A stretch of 64,000 nucleotides of DNA, taken from the NCBI GenBank assembly GCA_964016885.1, contig OZ024740.1, positions 47,182,001 to 47,246,000 of the forward strand, given 5' to 3'. Below the pieces are notes generated by a model. It was not told the DNA's origin. It saw only the letters and a program-made list of their open reading frames with translations, and did not search any database. Shown one piece after another: positions 42,331-55,656 of the stretch. Position 1 is the stretch's first letter, and every line of letters starts with the position of its first letter. This DNA is from Eledone cirrhosa (Eukaryota). The translations under genes and the position numbers were made by a program.

Positions 42331-44555
42331 GAGAGTGAGAAAGAGATAGAAATGTATATGTGTGCATGTGAGCTATGTTTGTACGTATAAGTGTATGTTT
42401 ATATAACTACAAAAAACACCACGCAAAATGTCAAAATAACTGTAAGCGAAAATATATCTGGTTTTAAAACAAGTTGTTTTTTTTAAGGCGTTTACTTTCT
42501 TGTGCAACAGCAAACCCGTTTACTGAAGGCTCCATGTTAACAGCCTCGCATGCTTTAAGAACAATTTTATGGTATCTAACGTTAGATAATTGAAATTTCT
42601 TCGAATAATATTTTATCTGGCAAAGTGTTGAGTTGATAGCAAATGAATTGGTGATAAATTGAAAAGAAGCTACTCATTTAGTAGATTTGTCTGTGATAGC
42701 TGGAACGGCAGATAAAACGCGTGAACAGCCAGTCCATATAACGTATTTCTCTTGGCAAATGTCTTAATCTCTTTAATGAATACTGTTCTTTGACACTTCA
42801 ATACGAATGATAACAGTTTTCTGACATGAAAAAGGGAGAGGAGGTTAGTTTCGTTTTTGTCTCACAATATTTTAATTGTAAGGTTATGTTAAAGTAGTCG
42901 CCGATTACACATTGATTGTTAACTACGCCTAAAACCTCATGACCATTGAGTATGGTTGTGAGGTTGATTGGATCTACCAGTGACTTGCAATAGTAGATAT
43001 TGAAAATTCAAGTGAAATCTCGACCCAATGAGATTAAGGGACTTGTTCTAAATTCCAGTCGGATGGTATTGTAACAACATCTCCAGACACGGTTATAGCT
43101 GTTCTCGATGTCTCAAACAAAAATTTTTCCCAGAACTAGCACTGCTAGCTATCTTTACAATTACCAAATTTATCTTATGTGAGCTCTAACGTTTTCTGTT
43201 TGTCAGAGTCACAGAAAGGGAGCGAGAATAACCATTGGATAACCTATTATTGTAGTCATGATGCATGAAAAAGCAAACGGGCTGGAATGCTTTTTATGAT
43301 AGGTCTAACTAATCAAGCTACGGACCAGTCTCTTAATCTTATCTCTATTGCGTTCTTGCCAAAATCAGCCGTATCATTATTATCCATCCACCAGAGACAG
43401 CGAAAGCATGGCCATTTGCTCTTCTTTGTATAATTATTAAAACTGTAGGTGTACGTTACTCCAGCAGATTCTACACAAACACATAACTGAGCTATTTATA
43501 ACTCTCTCTATTACATCTATTGTGTTAATTCCTTTACTCTTCGGAATAATTAAATACAAAATATATATAATGTAGGTGTTTTTCAGAGCTATGTCAATCT
43601 GATTGAGCAAACCTATGATCAAAAGAGTTACCTTGTGACCATCCCATTTCATCAGATATAATCTACAACATTGTCCAGTGATTGCTTTTGGGGAAATTTT
43701 TATGTTGTTTCTAGCAATGGATCAACTCCATAAATAGTCCTTCGTTTAATGTAATTAGTTTTAGTTGTTTAGCTCCGTGTTAACTCTAATCGTACATACT
43801 TATAATCATAGATGATGCTTGCCTCCTCGGATTAGGGTTATGTAGGATTACATTAACTAATATGTCCTCTATTTTTAGTGCATGATTTTAGAGAGATTTG
43901 GCTGCTATTATGTTGAGCGACGAAGTGGATATTCTCTCGTTGACTCAGTTAATTTTATCATTATGTGATAATAAATAATCTTATTTTCAAAGTAGTTGTA
44001 TCTCCTTCCTTAGTTGCTTAATGGGTAGCTCTTACCGAACAGTACATATAATCGGCAAGTTCATATACGCATGGTTTTTTATTCATATTTTTCAAATCGA
44101 GAATCCTGTCCTTGAAATAAACCAAGTACAATTGTTCAATAACTTCAAATTTAACTAATTCAGATCTGAAAATAATTGAATGTGTCAATCGAAGACGAGT
44201 CCGAATACTCCAGAATTACATCCTAAAGTAGATGTAGTGTATATTTTCAGATGATCTAATTTTATCTTTTAAGTAGCTTTTACAACTTCCCAAATGTCTG
44301 GATAATGTGCATACTTTTAGGGTGTTTATCCTTTATGACATGTAAAAATCGCTAGAATTAATCTTCCGGAAAACCACTAATTATGCACATGCAGTCTTTG
44401 TATGATGTTATTTAATTAGACTTACGCATCTCTTCTAATGAAAGCAGAAACATCACAGATGTTTCTGCTTTCTAATATTATTAGGCTATTTTGTTCATTT
44501 AAGAAGAAAATATATATACTTAGCGGCGATGCAATATTTATTCGCAAATGAAACC

Positions 44556-44860
44556 CATCCCGCCGAGGTTAACTTTGCCTTTCATCCTTACGGGGTCGAT
44601 AAAATAAAGTACCAGTAATGTACTGGTTAATTGCTGGCCTTGTACCAAAAGTAGAAACAATTATGTTATTAAGGGTGGTGTATTGGCAGTATCGGTAGAG
44701 GGTCGGACGCTATGCTTTGACACATAGAGTTACGGCCTTTGCCATTCTGAGTTCAAATCCCGCCGAGGTTTACTTTGCCTTTCATCCTTACGGGGTCGAT
44801 AAAATAAAGTACCAGTAATACACTGGGTAATTGCTGGCCTTGTGCCTAATGTAGAAAGAA
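44556..44860 (+). mobile_element. Tandem SINE family A copies (one partial, one full)
   Basis: Two 3' domains, each followed by AATTATGTTATTAA. Confidence 0.85.
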
Positions 44861-45230
44861 TTATGTTATTAATGTCCTTTAGAAATGTACACACATTTCG
44901 ACATCTCATCAACCTTATCTATATTATAGGGTTTAGTCAAAATAAATCCACAATTATGGGATCTGTTATTTGATGAGTTCCATAGAGTAATAGTTAAGTA
45001 TTCAATGAATCATTTTTGTGAAACGATTTCATTTTATGCACGGTTAATGCACTTGTAAAATGCTGAGTCTCAATATTCCCAGATTTTCGAAATTACAAGA
45101 AATTTGAGTCTATTCATAAATAAATATTGCAGAAGTTCATCAACTGCTTAGTGAATTCTTAGATATATTTACATTTCAACATATATCTAACTAGATTAGC
45201 TAATTGTAGGGTGTATGGTATTTAAATAAT

Positions 45231-45415
45231 TGTTTCTACTTTAGGCACAAGGCCAGCAAATACCCAGTGTATTACTGGTACTTTATTTTATCGACCCCGT
45301 AAGGATGAAAGGCAAAGTCAACCTCGGCGGGATTTGAACTCAGATCGTAAAGGGACGTAACTATGCTGGAAAGCATGGCGTCCGACCCTCTACTGATACT
45401 GCCAATCCACCGCCC
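45231..45415 (-). mobile_element. SINE family A
   Basis: Full length; 17-bp TSD TATGGTATTTAAATAAT. Confidence 0.92.
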
Positions 45416-47431
45416 TATGGTATTTAAATAATGTTACTCGATAGTACTTATACAAAGTTTAGTATTTTGCACAACACAATTTCTATAGTTTTAGCACAAT
45501 ATTTTTTTTAGTTGTCATGCATACTAGTCGAGTTTTCTAACCAATTTATGTACGTTCTTATTCAACGTATATTCAGCAGTTATAGACGCATTGCGATTCT
45601 TATTCATATAGTGCTAGCGGTTATTAGTAGATATATCCTATTTTGGGAAACCATAGATGTCAGATTGTTATTGTCTGAGGTAATTTCTCGTATAGTGTAT
45701 AGACGAAGATGCGTGATGCTATGATGAGTTTGAAAAGTTGAATGATACACGTTTTCCTCTTTGCCATTGTTTGTTTAGTCTTTTGTAGTTTCTGCATATT
45801 GTGTTCTCTGTCGATATTTTGCATTTACTATTTCAGTTGATATGTTAATTAAGAAACAGTAGCGACACATCTTATTCTCTTGACCTTTGCAATGCTGCAA
45901 TTTTGTTAACTTGAGTTACTAATTAAATAGGTGTTATTCTTTATTGAACTATTTTGAAAACTTATAGTTAAAAAACTAATAAGTAATGTCTTGATAATTT
46001 ACTTTTACTAGCTCATTGGCATGATCCACAGTGTAGGAAGTAAGTTTCTAGCAAGCGGAGACGAGGAAGCATTTTCAAAGCTAAGATGAAGCTATGCCAC
46101 CAAACGTCCGCTAATAATGTCACTCTTATGCCATTAATTTTACAACTTCTTATTGTCACTTATAAGCGAACAATAACTTACTGGCCCACGTAGAAACGGT
46201 TTCTATTTATGAGATAAACTGTTTCCCAAACAAATGAACTGATTTACTTAGTAATATTTATTTCTTAGTCTTAGAACAACAACAAAAAAGCCTTTATTGT
46301 TGTGAAATGCTAATGTGAGGTCTTATGAATTAACTTAGCCAGCAAAAGCTAGGTTCTAACGATCGTTGGTGTAGTAATTCCAAAAAATGATTGAGTTTTC
46401 AGTGCAGAAGGATTGTTTTTTAATATTTTTCTTTCAGATTATTATCTTCCTTGTAAACTGTATAGAAACAGCTGCCTGAGAGTGTATTTATATTCTGTTT
46501 TATTGCTGTTACTTTTTTACATTTGAAAGGATCTTATATCTCCGCAGAAAAGTAATTTCGATATTCAACACCTTCACTATACAACTCTGTTGTAAATGAT
46601 GAGTCAAGGAAAATGGGTACACAGAAATTACTTTCTTTTGAATATTAACATTTCCAAGCAATGCAGTTTTATTTTATGGTTTTGCTTCTTAACTTTATTT
46701 GTAGTTTTCTTTTGTGGCACGATGGACATTTTCAGGTCTTGAAATGTCATGTAGTGTGTTTCAAATGTTGTAAACATTCAACTGGTTTTGTAGTCTATTT
46801 TTAATCTCATTATATCTTAATGGAGGGTATTGGCATTATATGTCATTACTAATGTATCTAAGGCATTGATTCAATTTTTCGTGTGTCTGTGTGGCCTTAT
46901 GCGCTCTCCTTCACACACCTTCAACAGAATAGATTCAAGCCCTTTTATTATTGATATTATCTGTTTTTTCTTCACCCATTTTTCAAATTATTATATCATT
47001 TTATTTTTTTATTTTGGTATTTAGTATTTTATATACTCGTATTATAATTCTGAACCCATTTAGATATCGCTGCTCATCATTTCTATCTTTTAGAATTTCA
47101 AGGAGGGGATTATATGTGGATTTGTTTTTACATTGCTTATATTTTTCACGTTATCCACATAGAGCAATTAGTTTATTTCTCTTCCATTAAACTGTACCTG
47201 CACATCTCTGCATTTGGGTGTTTCATTTTGTTTTTATTGGGGATACAATGCATTTTATACGTATAATGAATAATAATACTATTTTCTATATCTTATGTAT
47301 ATGAGGTTTTCGTTGTATATTTTTCTGCATTTCTTTTAATAATCCCCAAATTTTTAATTATTATGAATATTGTTTCTGTTTCCCCCCCAAATTCTGGCTA
47401 TCTCTATTTGCAGATATTATATTTGTATAGA

Positions 47432-48257
47432 AACAAATAACGAAACGAAATTAAATTTCGTTTCGCTTCTAACTCACTTTTGTATGACTGACGCTTAAAC
47501 AATTAAGTTAAAGTGTACATCTACATATGTATACGAAAGTATTAGTATGCATATAAATACACACATGTATACATATGTACATGTACTGAGTTTTTCACTA
47601 GACACTTTACAGTGAGTGTCAGCTAGTCTGTATGTAACCACACAGACGGACCGGGTTTTAGAGTCATACGAGTTTTCAAGGAAACACATTTCCTCTATTC
47701 TCCAGAGGGCCAGACAGGAATATTGGACTAGTTTCGATGTTATTACATCTCATCAGCAATATTTACCCATCTTCCGGCTTCTCTGGAGAATTGTAAAAGC
47801 ACATATCGTTGTATGCTTTTTCTATGAAAATTAGTAGTGGGTAGACTAATTTGCATAGAACGTGAGTCATTGTACGCACCGGTTCAGCGGAAACGATAAA
47901 AACAAATAACGAAACGAAATTAAATTTCGTTCATAGAAAAAGCATATAACGATATGTGCTTTTACAATTCTCCAGAGAAGCCGGAAGATGGGTAAATATT
48001 GCTGATGAGATGTAATAACATCGAAACTAGTCCAATATTCCTGTCTGGCCCTCTGGAGAATAGAGGAAATGTGTTTCCTTGAAAACTCGTATGACTCTAA
48101 AACCCGGTCCGTCTGTGTGGTTACATACAGACTAGCTGACACTCACTGTAAAGTGTCTAGTGAAAAACTCAGTACATGTACATATGTATACATGTGTGTA
48201 TTTATATGCATACTAATACTTTCGTATACATATGTAGATGTACACTTTAACTTAATT
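47432..48257. mobile_element. Retrozyme-like insertion: 469-bp non-coding unit with two hammerheads in inverted arrangement
   Basis: Segment 47432-47931 (more than one unit) plus inverted segment 47932-48257. Hammerheads at 47719-47763 (-) and 47995-48039 (+). TSD ATTATATTTGTATAGA at 47416-47431 and 48255-48270. Confidence 0.85.
47995..48039 (+). ncRNA. Type-I hammerhead ribozyme with canonical core and GUC site
   Basis: aatattg-CTGATGA-gatgt aata acatc-GAAA-ctag-TC-caatatt; stem I extends through TTCTCCAGAG..GCCGGA / TCTGGC..CTCTGGAGAA. Confidence 0.9.
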
Positions 48258-48659
48258 ATATTTGTATAGATTCTCCATTTATAGATGTATTGTAATTTTT
48301 GACAATAATGACATGTTCTAACGTATTGTACTTCGGCATCTGAGATATTTTCTGATTTATTTTTTCCGACCCAGTAAGGATGAAAGGCAGAGCTAACCTC
48401 GGAGGGATTTGAACTCAGAACATGCCACGAAGTATATTGTCCGATGCTCTACCGATACTGCCTGTTCTCTTTTGTTAAGTCTTGTCAGGTATAGGCCATC
48501 ATCTTAGAATAATATTCTGTAGTTTGTTCTTTCAACTTCTGTTTTATATTTTCTGACTTCCTTAAATAGAAAAACAAACTGTTTTGTTTTGTTCGTTTGT
48601 AACTATTTATATCAGTTTACCTTTAATCGTTACTTTTTTCACCTTACATAAATATATTG

Positions 48660-48855
48660 GTTTCTGATTTAGGCACGAGGCCAACAATTTTAGAGGCGGG
48701 GAAAGTCGACTAAATCGACACCAGTGCATTACTGGTACTTTATATTACCGACCCCGTAAGGATGAAAGCCAAAGTTAACTTCGGAAGGATTTGAACTCAG
48801 ATCGTAACTCTATGCTATAAAGCATGTTGTCCGACACTCCATCGATACTACCATT
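48660..48855 (-). mobile_element. SINE family A, longer-tailed older variant
   Basis: Family homology; TSD TTACATAAATATATTG. Another fragment lies at about 48366-48460. Confidence 0.8.
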
Positions 48856-49507
48856 CTTTACATAAATATATTGTAAACATTTTCTAGACATAAAATGCCC
48901 GAGCCTCCCTGTTAGATTTTTTATGGTGTATTCTAAATATTAATTTTCATTAGCTTTCTTGTTTTCCTTCTCTGCATATTTGTCATTTGTGTGTGTTATA
49001 CTATCTCTATTTCATTAATTCATAATTATTTCTAAGTTTATATTTCATCTAATTCTCTTCTTCTTGTTTCATTTTTCTATCATGATATTAGTGGGGTTTT
49101 TTAAAATCAATTTTCCACTATTCAAAGATGCCTCAGGAACATTTTATAACTGGCTTTAATATCGTGAATCCGTGTAAAGTTTGTAACAATGTTTCTAGCT
49201 GTTTATCAATTGCAATGCACGACTTAAATTCATTTGTATAAAAAAGATCGCTTATTTCCCTGTCCTAGATTTGTATCTGGGTCATGCCTGTTTTAGCGTG
49301 CCAAAAGGGAAAAATAATGGATAGAGGGAGTCCTCTTGAGACATTTTTTTTCAGTACACATGGATTAGTTTTATAATTCCCTTTTATTTATATATGCAGA
49401 ATTATTTAACATTTATACAAAACACGTTTGATGAACCTGCTTGACGTTGATGCTGTCTTATGGCTAATGTTTTTTCATTGTTAAATTTTTCCCATTACTT
49501 ACTTTCC

Positions 49508-49693
49508 CGGTGGATTGGCAGTATCGTAGAGGGTCGGACGCCATGATTTGCAGCATGGAGTTACGCTCCTTTACGGTCCGAGTTCAAATCCCGCCTAGGT
49601 TAACTTTGTCTTTCATCCTTACAGGGTCGATAAAATAAAGCAACAGTAATGCACTGGGTTAATTGCTGGCCTTGTGCCAAAAATAGAAACAAT
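49508..49693 (+). mobile_element. SINE family A
   Basis: Homology to the other family A copies. Confidence 0.88.
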
Positions 49694-50114
49694 TATTTAC
49701 TTTACCTTAAATTTATTGTTACATGTTCTCCTTTATTGATAGTTTTCTTTGGTATAGTATCGTTTTTTTGTCTATGTTTCTGGCAATGCAGTGTTTCACA
49801 GACTAAATTTTTGTTAGTTTTTTTTTACATCAAATTCAAAGTATGTTTGCCTTTTTAGCTGAGACTTGAACAATACGGTTTTATTTTTTTGTTAGTCATT
49901 TTCTATTGTGGAGGATTGAATCTCTCTAATAGTGATTAGACATGTTCTTTTATTGTCTTTACACGACCTGTTATCTAATCGGTGATTAGTGCGACCATTA
50001 GCAATATATAATATATATTAGGTAGAAATTAATAATATTTCATTAATACGTATCATTCTATATTTCCGTCATTTATTTGTCGTTGTTATTTTATAGATGT
50101 GATAAGAAATTTGT

Positions 50115-50390
50115 GAAGGCATGTAACCTAGAGGTAGGAGTGTTGGACTTACGATAATAATGTCGTCGGTTCGATTCCTGGGCTGGGTTGTTTTCTTGAG
50201 CAAAACACTTCATTTTACATTGCTCAGCTGAAAATGAATCCCAGCAATAGCTGGGGGTTTAACCCTGCGATGGACTGGCTTGCCTTTCCAGGTGTGTGTG
50301 TGTGTGGGGGGGGGGTCTTGTACTCTCATTCGCTCCACACCACGAAACCGAGATAAGCACCAGCTTAATGAGCCTCCTGGCTTGAGACAC
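50115..50390 (+). mobile_element. SINE family B, near full length
   Basis: GGTTCGATTCC B box; TTCTTGAGCAAAACACTT; CCCTGCGATGGACTGGC; CCACGAAACCG. Confidence 0.7.
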
Positions 50391-53067
50391 ACTTTTGGAT
50401 AAGAAATTTGGAGAAGTAAATTAGCGGTGTCTTTTTGTTATTGCGTTCATGTTATTACCTTAACTATTATTACAATATCTATTGGGAGTACAAACAATAG
50501 CAAACCAGATGAGATTAATGTTGTCGCACAATTTTGATTTTGGTTCACACTGAGACTGACTTTATCGTGCCAAGCTGGAAACGTGTAGCAGTAATGTACT
50601 GAAACTTATATAATTGACTGTAATTCCTTCTCTCATAAAACATTTAGCTAGAAGAACTAATTTTTATTTGCATGAACGACCCAGAATCGGGCTAACTGCT
50701 TCACTTTACCCGGTTTATTTACATTATAGATGTTAATGTATATTTGTCTTGCTTATAAAGCTGATAAAATATAGCATTAACTTTACTGACAATGTTCCAG
50801 TGATCTTTGACTCGTGATTTGCTTACTTTTATACTCCCGGGGAGACATATCTAGCTCTTTCATATAATTTTAGTTTCTTCAGTGTATATACATTAACAGA
50901 AGATTGAAAAATGCGTTAGTATTGCATCAAATTGTATGAAATTAGTTGTAACAAAAACTTACCGACTAGTGTATGTTACTCAGAAACTTGACAGCAGATG
51001 GCTTTTGATGGGAGTTGAATTCCTCAACCTGAGGCTGAATTCCAATGTTAGGTAGCAGGCGAGCTGTGTTTTAACTGATATTACTGCCATAACTTTACGT
51101 TTGCTTCTAAATATTTATACATATCCTTTCAAGTTTATTTGATTAATAAAGGCTCAAATTTCTACTTCGTTTAAACTAGGGTTAATTTATGGCTTCACTA
51201 AGTAACGTGCTTAAATGAAAATTAATGTATGTCTTAACCAAAATTTCGACATGTCGTTGGTGCTTGTCTCTGCAACTAAATCTTATGTAAATGTAGTAAA
51301 TATTTACCTAGATAGAAAGCCTTAGTGGAGCAAAATAGGATGGTGTGACATTCACACCTTTCTCAATGGCATATGTGAAGTTAATTGGATTAAATGATAA
51401 ATAGAAAACATGCGAATATCGACCGGCTCACCTAGTTTTTATTCACATGCCTATGTGTATTTTATATTCATTATCTTTATTGCGGTGAGTTTAGTAAATA
51501 TTTTAAAGTACTTAGTTGCTCTTCTTTATGTTTAAAAGTTAAATTCTACTGTGGTTAAATTAGTTTTCCATCCTTTCAATATTCATGAAATAGGTACCAA
51601 TAATATACTGATATGCATTGAATAGACTACATACCTTAACCCCAACATTTGGAGGCTTTATACCAAGATAAGTAATAACTATAATTTTGTTTATCAAGGA
51701 CAGTTGATGTCAGAGTTCTTAAATTGTCGTCCAAAATACCTTGTCGTAATTATGTCGCTTTAGGCTCAATGTTCAAATCTCTCGTGGTAGAAATCGTGTC
51801 GTAATTATGTCGTAATAATCTCTTGTGGTACAATATTGTTTTTCATATTTCCAGTGTCGTTGAAATAAGTACCTGTCCAACACTATGGTCGGTTAAAGTG
51901 ACTACCTCTCCCTTAAAATAAAGTTTGCGACGTAATATCCTTATCAAATTAATTTTTATATGTTATAATATGATGACATTGTAATGCCAGATTCTGACTG
52001 AATACCTCACGGTATTCTTTCCACTACAGTCCGACTTCAGATCCTGCTGGAGTGGACTTCCATTCCGATATAATCCTTCTCACAAATTATTGTTCCAGTA
52101 TACATTTTCCTTACAAATTTATGGTCTACCAATGTAAAAAAAAAAAATCATTATTATTCTTGATTGTTACATCGGCTCTTAAGCATTTATATTTTGCTTT
52201 AAGTCTTCTCGCACATTTTCCAAATTCGAAGTTTGCCTGTTGCACGAAAGCTTTTCATAATATGCCGTAAGAATAGTTTAAACTGAAGCTTACCGTATGT
52301 TGGCATATATACACCTCGAACATTTCAACAGAGAATGTTAGGAGAAAAACATTAACCAATCAGATACAACTTCGCATATAGTGCCCAGATGATATTTCTA
52401 AAATCATTTGGTTTGATATCTTAGGGGCCTTATGTGTTTTCCAAATGTTTATTGGATTATAGTTCTAAATATAATAGATTACATAACTTTAAAGACATAA
52501 CAAAATAAGAAAAGAGACTGAAAAATACTTAAATTAATCGGTGAGTATTTATTTTCAAATCGATTCTAAATTAATCTCTCAATTCTAGTGATTATCATTC
52601 ACAACATTTAGAGGGATACATTTTAGATGACAAATTCTGAATTTACACCTGAGTTCACGTATGGTATAAAAAACAGTTGAAATGTTGAATAAGAATTTTT
52701 TTCTTGTATGTTTTTGTATAATATCGTGACAATGATAGATGGGTAAAATGATATTTGACGTAACTAAGCAATGTTAGTATCTTTGTAAGATATATATCTG
52801 TCAAAACCCTTTGTTTCTATTGTTAAAACTTTCGTGAAATATTTTATCTCAGTAATTGTATTCTTTTTACTCAGCAGGAAACTAGAATTCATATAATGCA
52901 TTGATAGCAATAAATAAATTTGAGATACTGATTGACTCAATATACTAACCATAATGAAACGGTATAGAACGCCGCAGTGAATCCTCAATGCTGCACCTGA
53001 TGAACAAAATATTTTGCAGCATTTGTAAATAATCAAGAATCTTGCAAAGAAAATATAAAGATACGCA

Positions 53068-53129
<62 letters not shown>

Positions 53130-53178
53130 AAGATTGAAGAATAACATGGTCGGCTGTACAACAAGGGATTTTATTTCA

Positions 53179-53291
53179 AGTATTAACAATTGTTTCATTG
53201 ATCAGGTGAGTCTAAAGGCCGATAATCACTCGAAGTTGCGTCACTCGACATTAAATACAGTGTTTACCTCTGATCAAATCATCAGAATACT
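53179..53291 (-). ncRNA. Type-I hammerhead with a greatly extended stem II
   Basis: agtatt-CTGATGA-t ttgatcag [~64 nt] ctgatcaa t-GAAA-caattg-TT-aatact. Confidence 0.75.
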
Positions 53292-53898
53292 AGAGATTTC
53301 ACATATGGCAATGGTATATATAGATACAACGTAGGATCAAAACATAACATCAATCATAAAATATAATGATAAAGAGGTAAAGAAGTTACAGATGTAAAAA
53401 ATAAGTAAAAAAATAAGTAACAAAATATAAGTACAGAATACGATTGCTGATAATAGTGGTGTTAGTGAGTAAGTGTATGTATAAAGATGTGAGGATGGAG
53501 ATAATACTAACATGAAAAGCAACATTAGATACATACATACAGAGGGTTAGAAGTAGAGAATAAGAGGTAGTAACAAATGACAGATAAAAGATAAAAAATA
53601 ATAAATTAAAAATTAAGTGAGAGATACGAGGATGAGACATAAGGGGTAGAGCTAAGGACGAGGAAGGAGGATTTTGATATATGTATGTGTGTGTGGTAAA
53701 TGTTTAGCATGCTGATTGTCTTATCTTAATGGGGTTGATGTGTCTTTAGGGAGAGAGAGTGAAAGAAAGGTTAGGAGATTTATGATGTTGATCTAGTGAC
53801 CAGTCGGTCAGTTGACAGCTAATGACAGTGTGGTGGTATGTATTCAGTACATTAAAATCTTGGTGGTTCAGCTCGAATTTTGAGATTGCTGGGTCGAA

Positions 53899-54672
53899 TC
53901 ATGTTGGTTTGAAATTTGTGCAATTGGTAGCTGCTTTGTGCCTACAGAAAATTGATCGTTCTATTTTGCTGTTAAGCAGCATCTTATCATACTTTAAAAT
54001 ATGGAATAGCTCCATATTGCAAAGTCCGCAGTGGGACATTCCATTGCTGTAGGCCCTTTCTCCCGATAATTTCGACCAGCTAATCCTATATTCTTGGTTT
54101 GTGTCCTTAAGCTGCCAGATTTTATTGGCCAGCGTTGTTGTGTTCTCTAGTCTACGGTTCTTCATAGAGTGTCTGTGAACGTACCATCTTTTTTTTAATT
54201 CCCCAGCCGTGGAACCTATGTAGTGCCATGTTAAGTTGCCCAAATTTATAGTACACAGGTACACCATACTCGATTCCAGGCATCTATTTTGTAGTGGGCA
54301 CTTATCCGGCAGGTGGCAGTTACAGTTGGAGGCCTTCCTGTGTGCAGGTTCTCCGTTACGGTTTTGTATGTTGTTATGGATGGGCTGAGATTTAGGCTTA
54401 TTAATGTTTTGTTGTGATGCGCCCTGGTGTGTGTGTGATTGTGATGTTATTATGTGTTTGCGTTTTGTATTTGGTACTATGGTGTATGTTGGTAGGTTAT
54501 TTTCTTTAGAGATTATTTTGTAGTTGATTTTATGTATGTGTGATTCTATGTTGGCTGCAGTAGAGTAAGAGAGTTTGATAGTTTTTCTGTTAAAGATTCT
54601 ATGGTATTTGTGTAGTTTAGGGAAGTGTTTGTCAATTAGCTTAAAGGATGTAGAAGGTAGTTTGGTTTTCAT
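53899..54672 (-). pseudogene. Penelope GIY-YIG endonuclease ORF fragment
   Basis: LIDKHFP...IFNRKTIKLSYS, CNC...CPLQNRC, MVYLC...YIGST...KRWYVH, CGLCNMELFHI...LLN. Confidence 0.88.
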
Positions 54673-55338
54673 AGAGGAGTTGAATATTGGATTGAACCAT
54701 AAGTATTTCCTATCTCTGGATTTTCTATAGTTCCTAGGGGTCCCTATATTAGTATTCGGTTCAGTTATTTCTGGTGCTCGTTATCTATTTCTATGTTTAG
54801 TTCTATGTTTTTTATTTCTATAGGTGTGGGTAGTGTAGCTGTCGTTAGGTTTGTTATTGCTGTCTCTATCTGGCATGTATTTGAGCCCCTCCTTATGGCC
54901 TGTCTTATGTAAAGCTGTTTGCATGTTCGTTAAAAATCTCTAGGTTAGAAGATAGGCAGGATATTGTGAGGGATATACTATGCGCTATGGAGTTGATTAT
55001 GGATCGAGGGTGGTTGGAGTTATAACTAATGTAGGTTAGATTCTCGTTATTTTTATGGAAGGGGTCTATTAATCCTGTGTTTAGGTTGAGTGTTACATCT
55101 AAGAAGTTTGCTTTTTTAGAGTTAAGTTCGAAAGTGATACCTAGCCCTAATTTGTTAAAGAAGGCTGATGTTTTTCCGTAATTTTTCCATGTTTTGATTA
55201 TTTAAGTTCTTAGCTAAAAGGAGTGCGTCGTCTCTATAAATTCCTCCTTGAAGGTTATTAAATTCCTTATATAATTCATGTGCTATATATATTCCAGCTA
55301 TGTCTGTTACCTGTGCTGAGTCGCTAGATCCCATTGTG

Positions 55339-55387
<49 letters not shown>

Positions 55388-55402
55388 GCAACAGTGACAT
55401 AA

Positions 55403-55452
55403 ACAGGTACCTAAGTTTCGTTGAGTTCTAGACCCCAACTCATTCAGCCTGT
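55403..55452 (-). ncRNA. Hammerhead motif with a one-nt core insertion (CTGAATGA)
   Basis: acagg-CTGAATGA-gttggggtctagaactcaac-GAAA-cttagg-TA-cctgt; all three stems can form. Confidence 0.65.
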
Positions 55453-55508
55453 CATCAGAAAAATAAAAATAAAGATGGTCTTACCCTTGGATAATTCTAC
55501 CAAACTTT

Positions 55509-55548
<40 letters not shown>

Positions 55549-55568
55549 TATATGTATATATAATATAT

Positions 55569-55651
<83 letters not shown>

Positions 55652-55656
55652 TATAC

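Larger units (their letters stand above)
53150..55340 (-). mobile_element. Penelope-like retroelement, 5'-truncated (RT C-terminal half, GIY-YIG, 3' UTR with hammerhead)
   Basis: MGSSDSAQVTD...GGIYRDDALL (55155-55335); GIY-YIG ORF 53899-54672; hammerhead at 53179-53291. Confidence 0.92.

Noticed and set aside
47616-48269. Repeated ORFs MSASLYVTTQ... and MCFLENSY... (and relatives at 62.8-64 kb)
   Set aside because: They recur only because the unit is duplicated; the frame is broken between the 47-kb and 63-kb subfamilies.
52997-53020. Isolated CTGATGA/CTGAAGA hits (also near 3955, 4150, 15685, 16428, 41580, 50877, 59656)
   Set aside because: No correctly placed GAAA with stems I-III.
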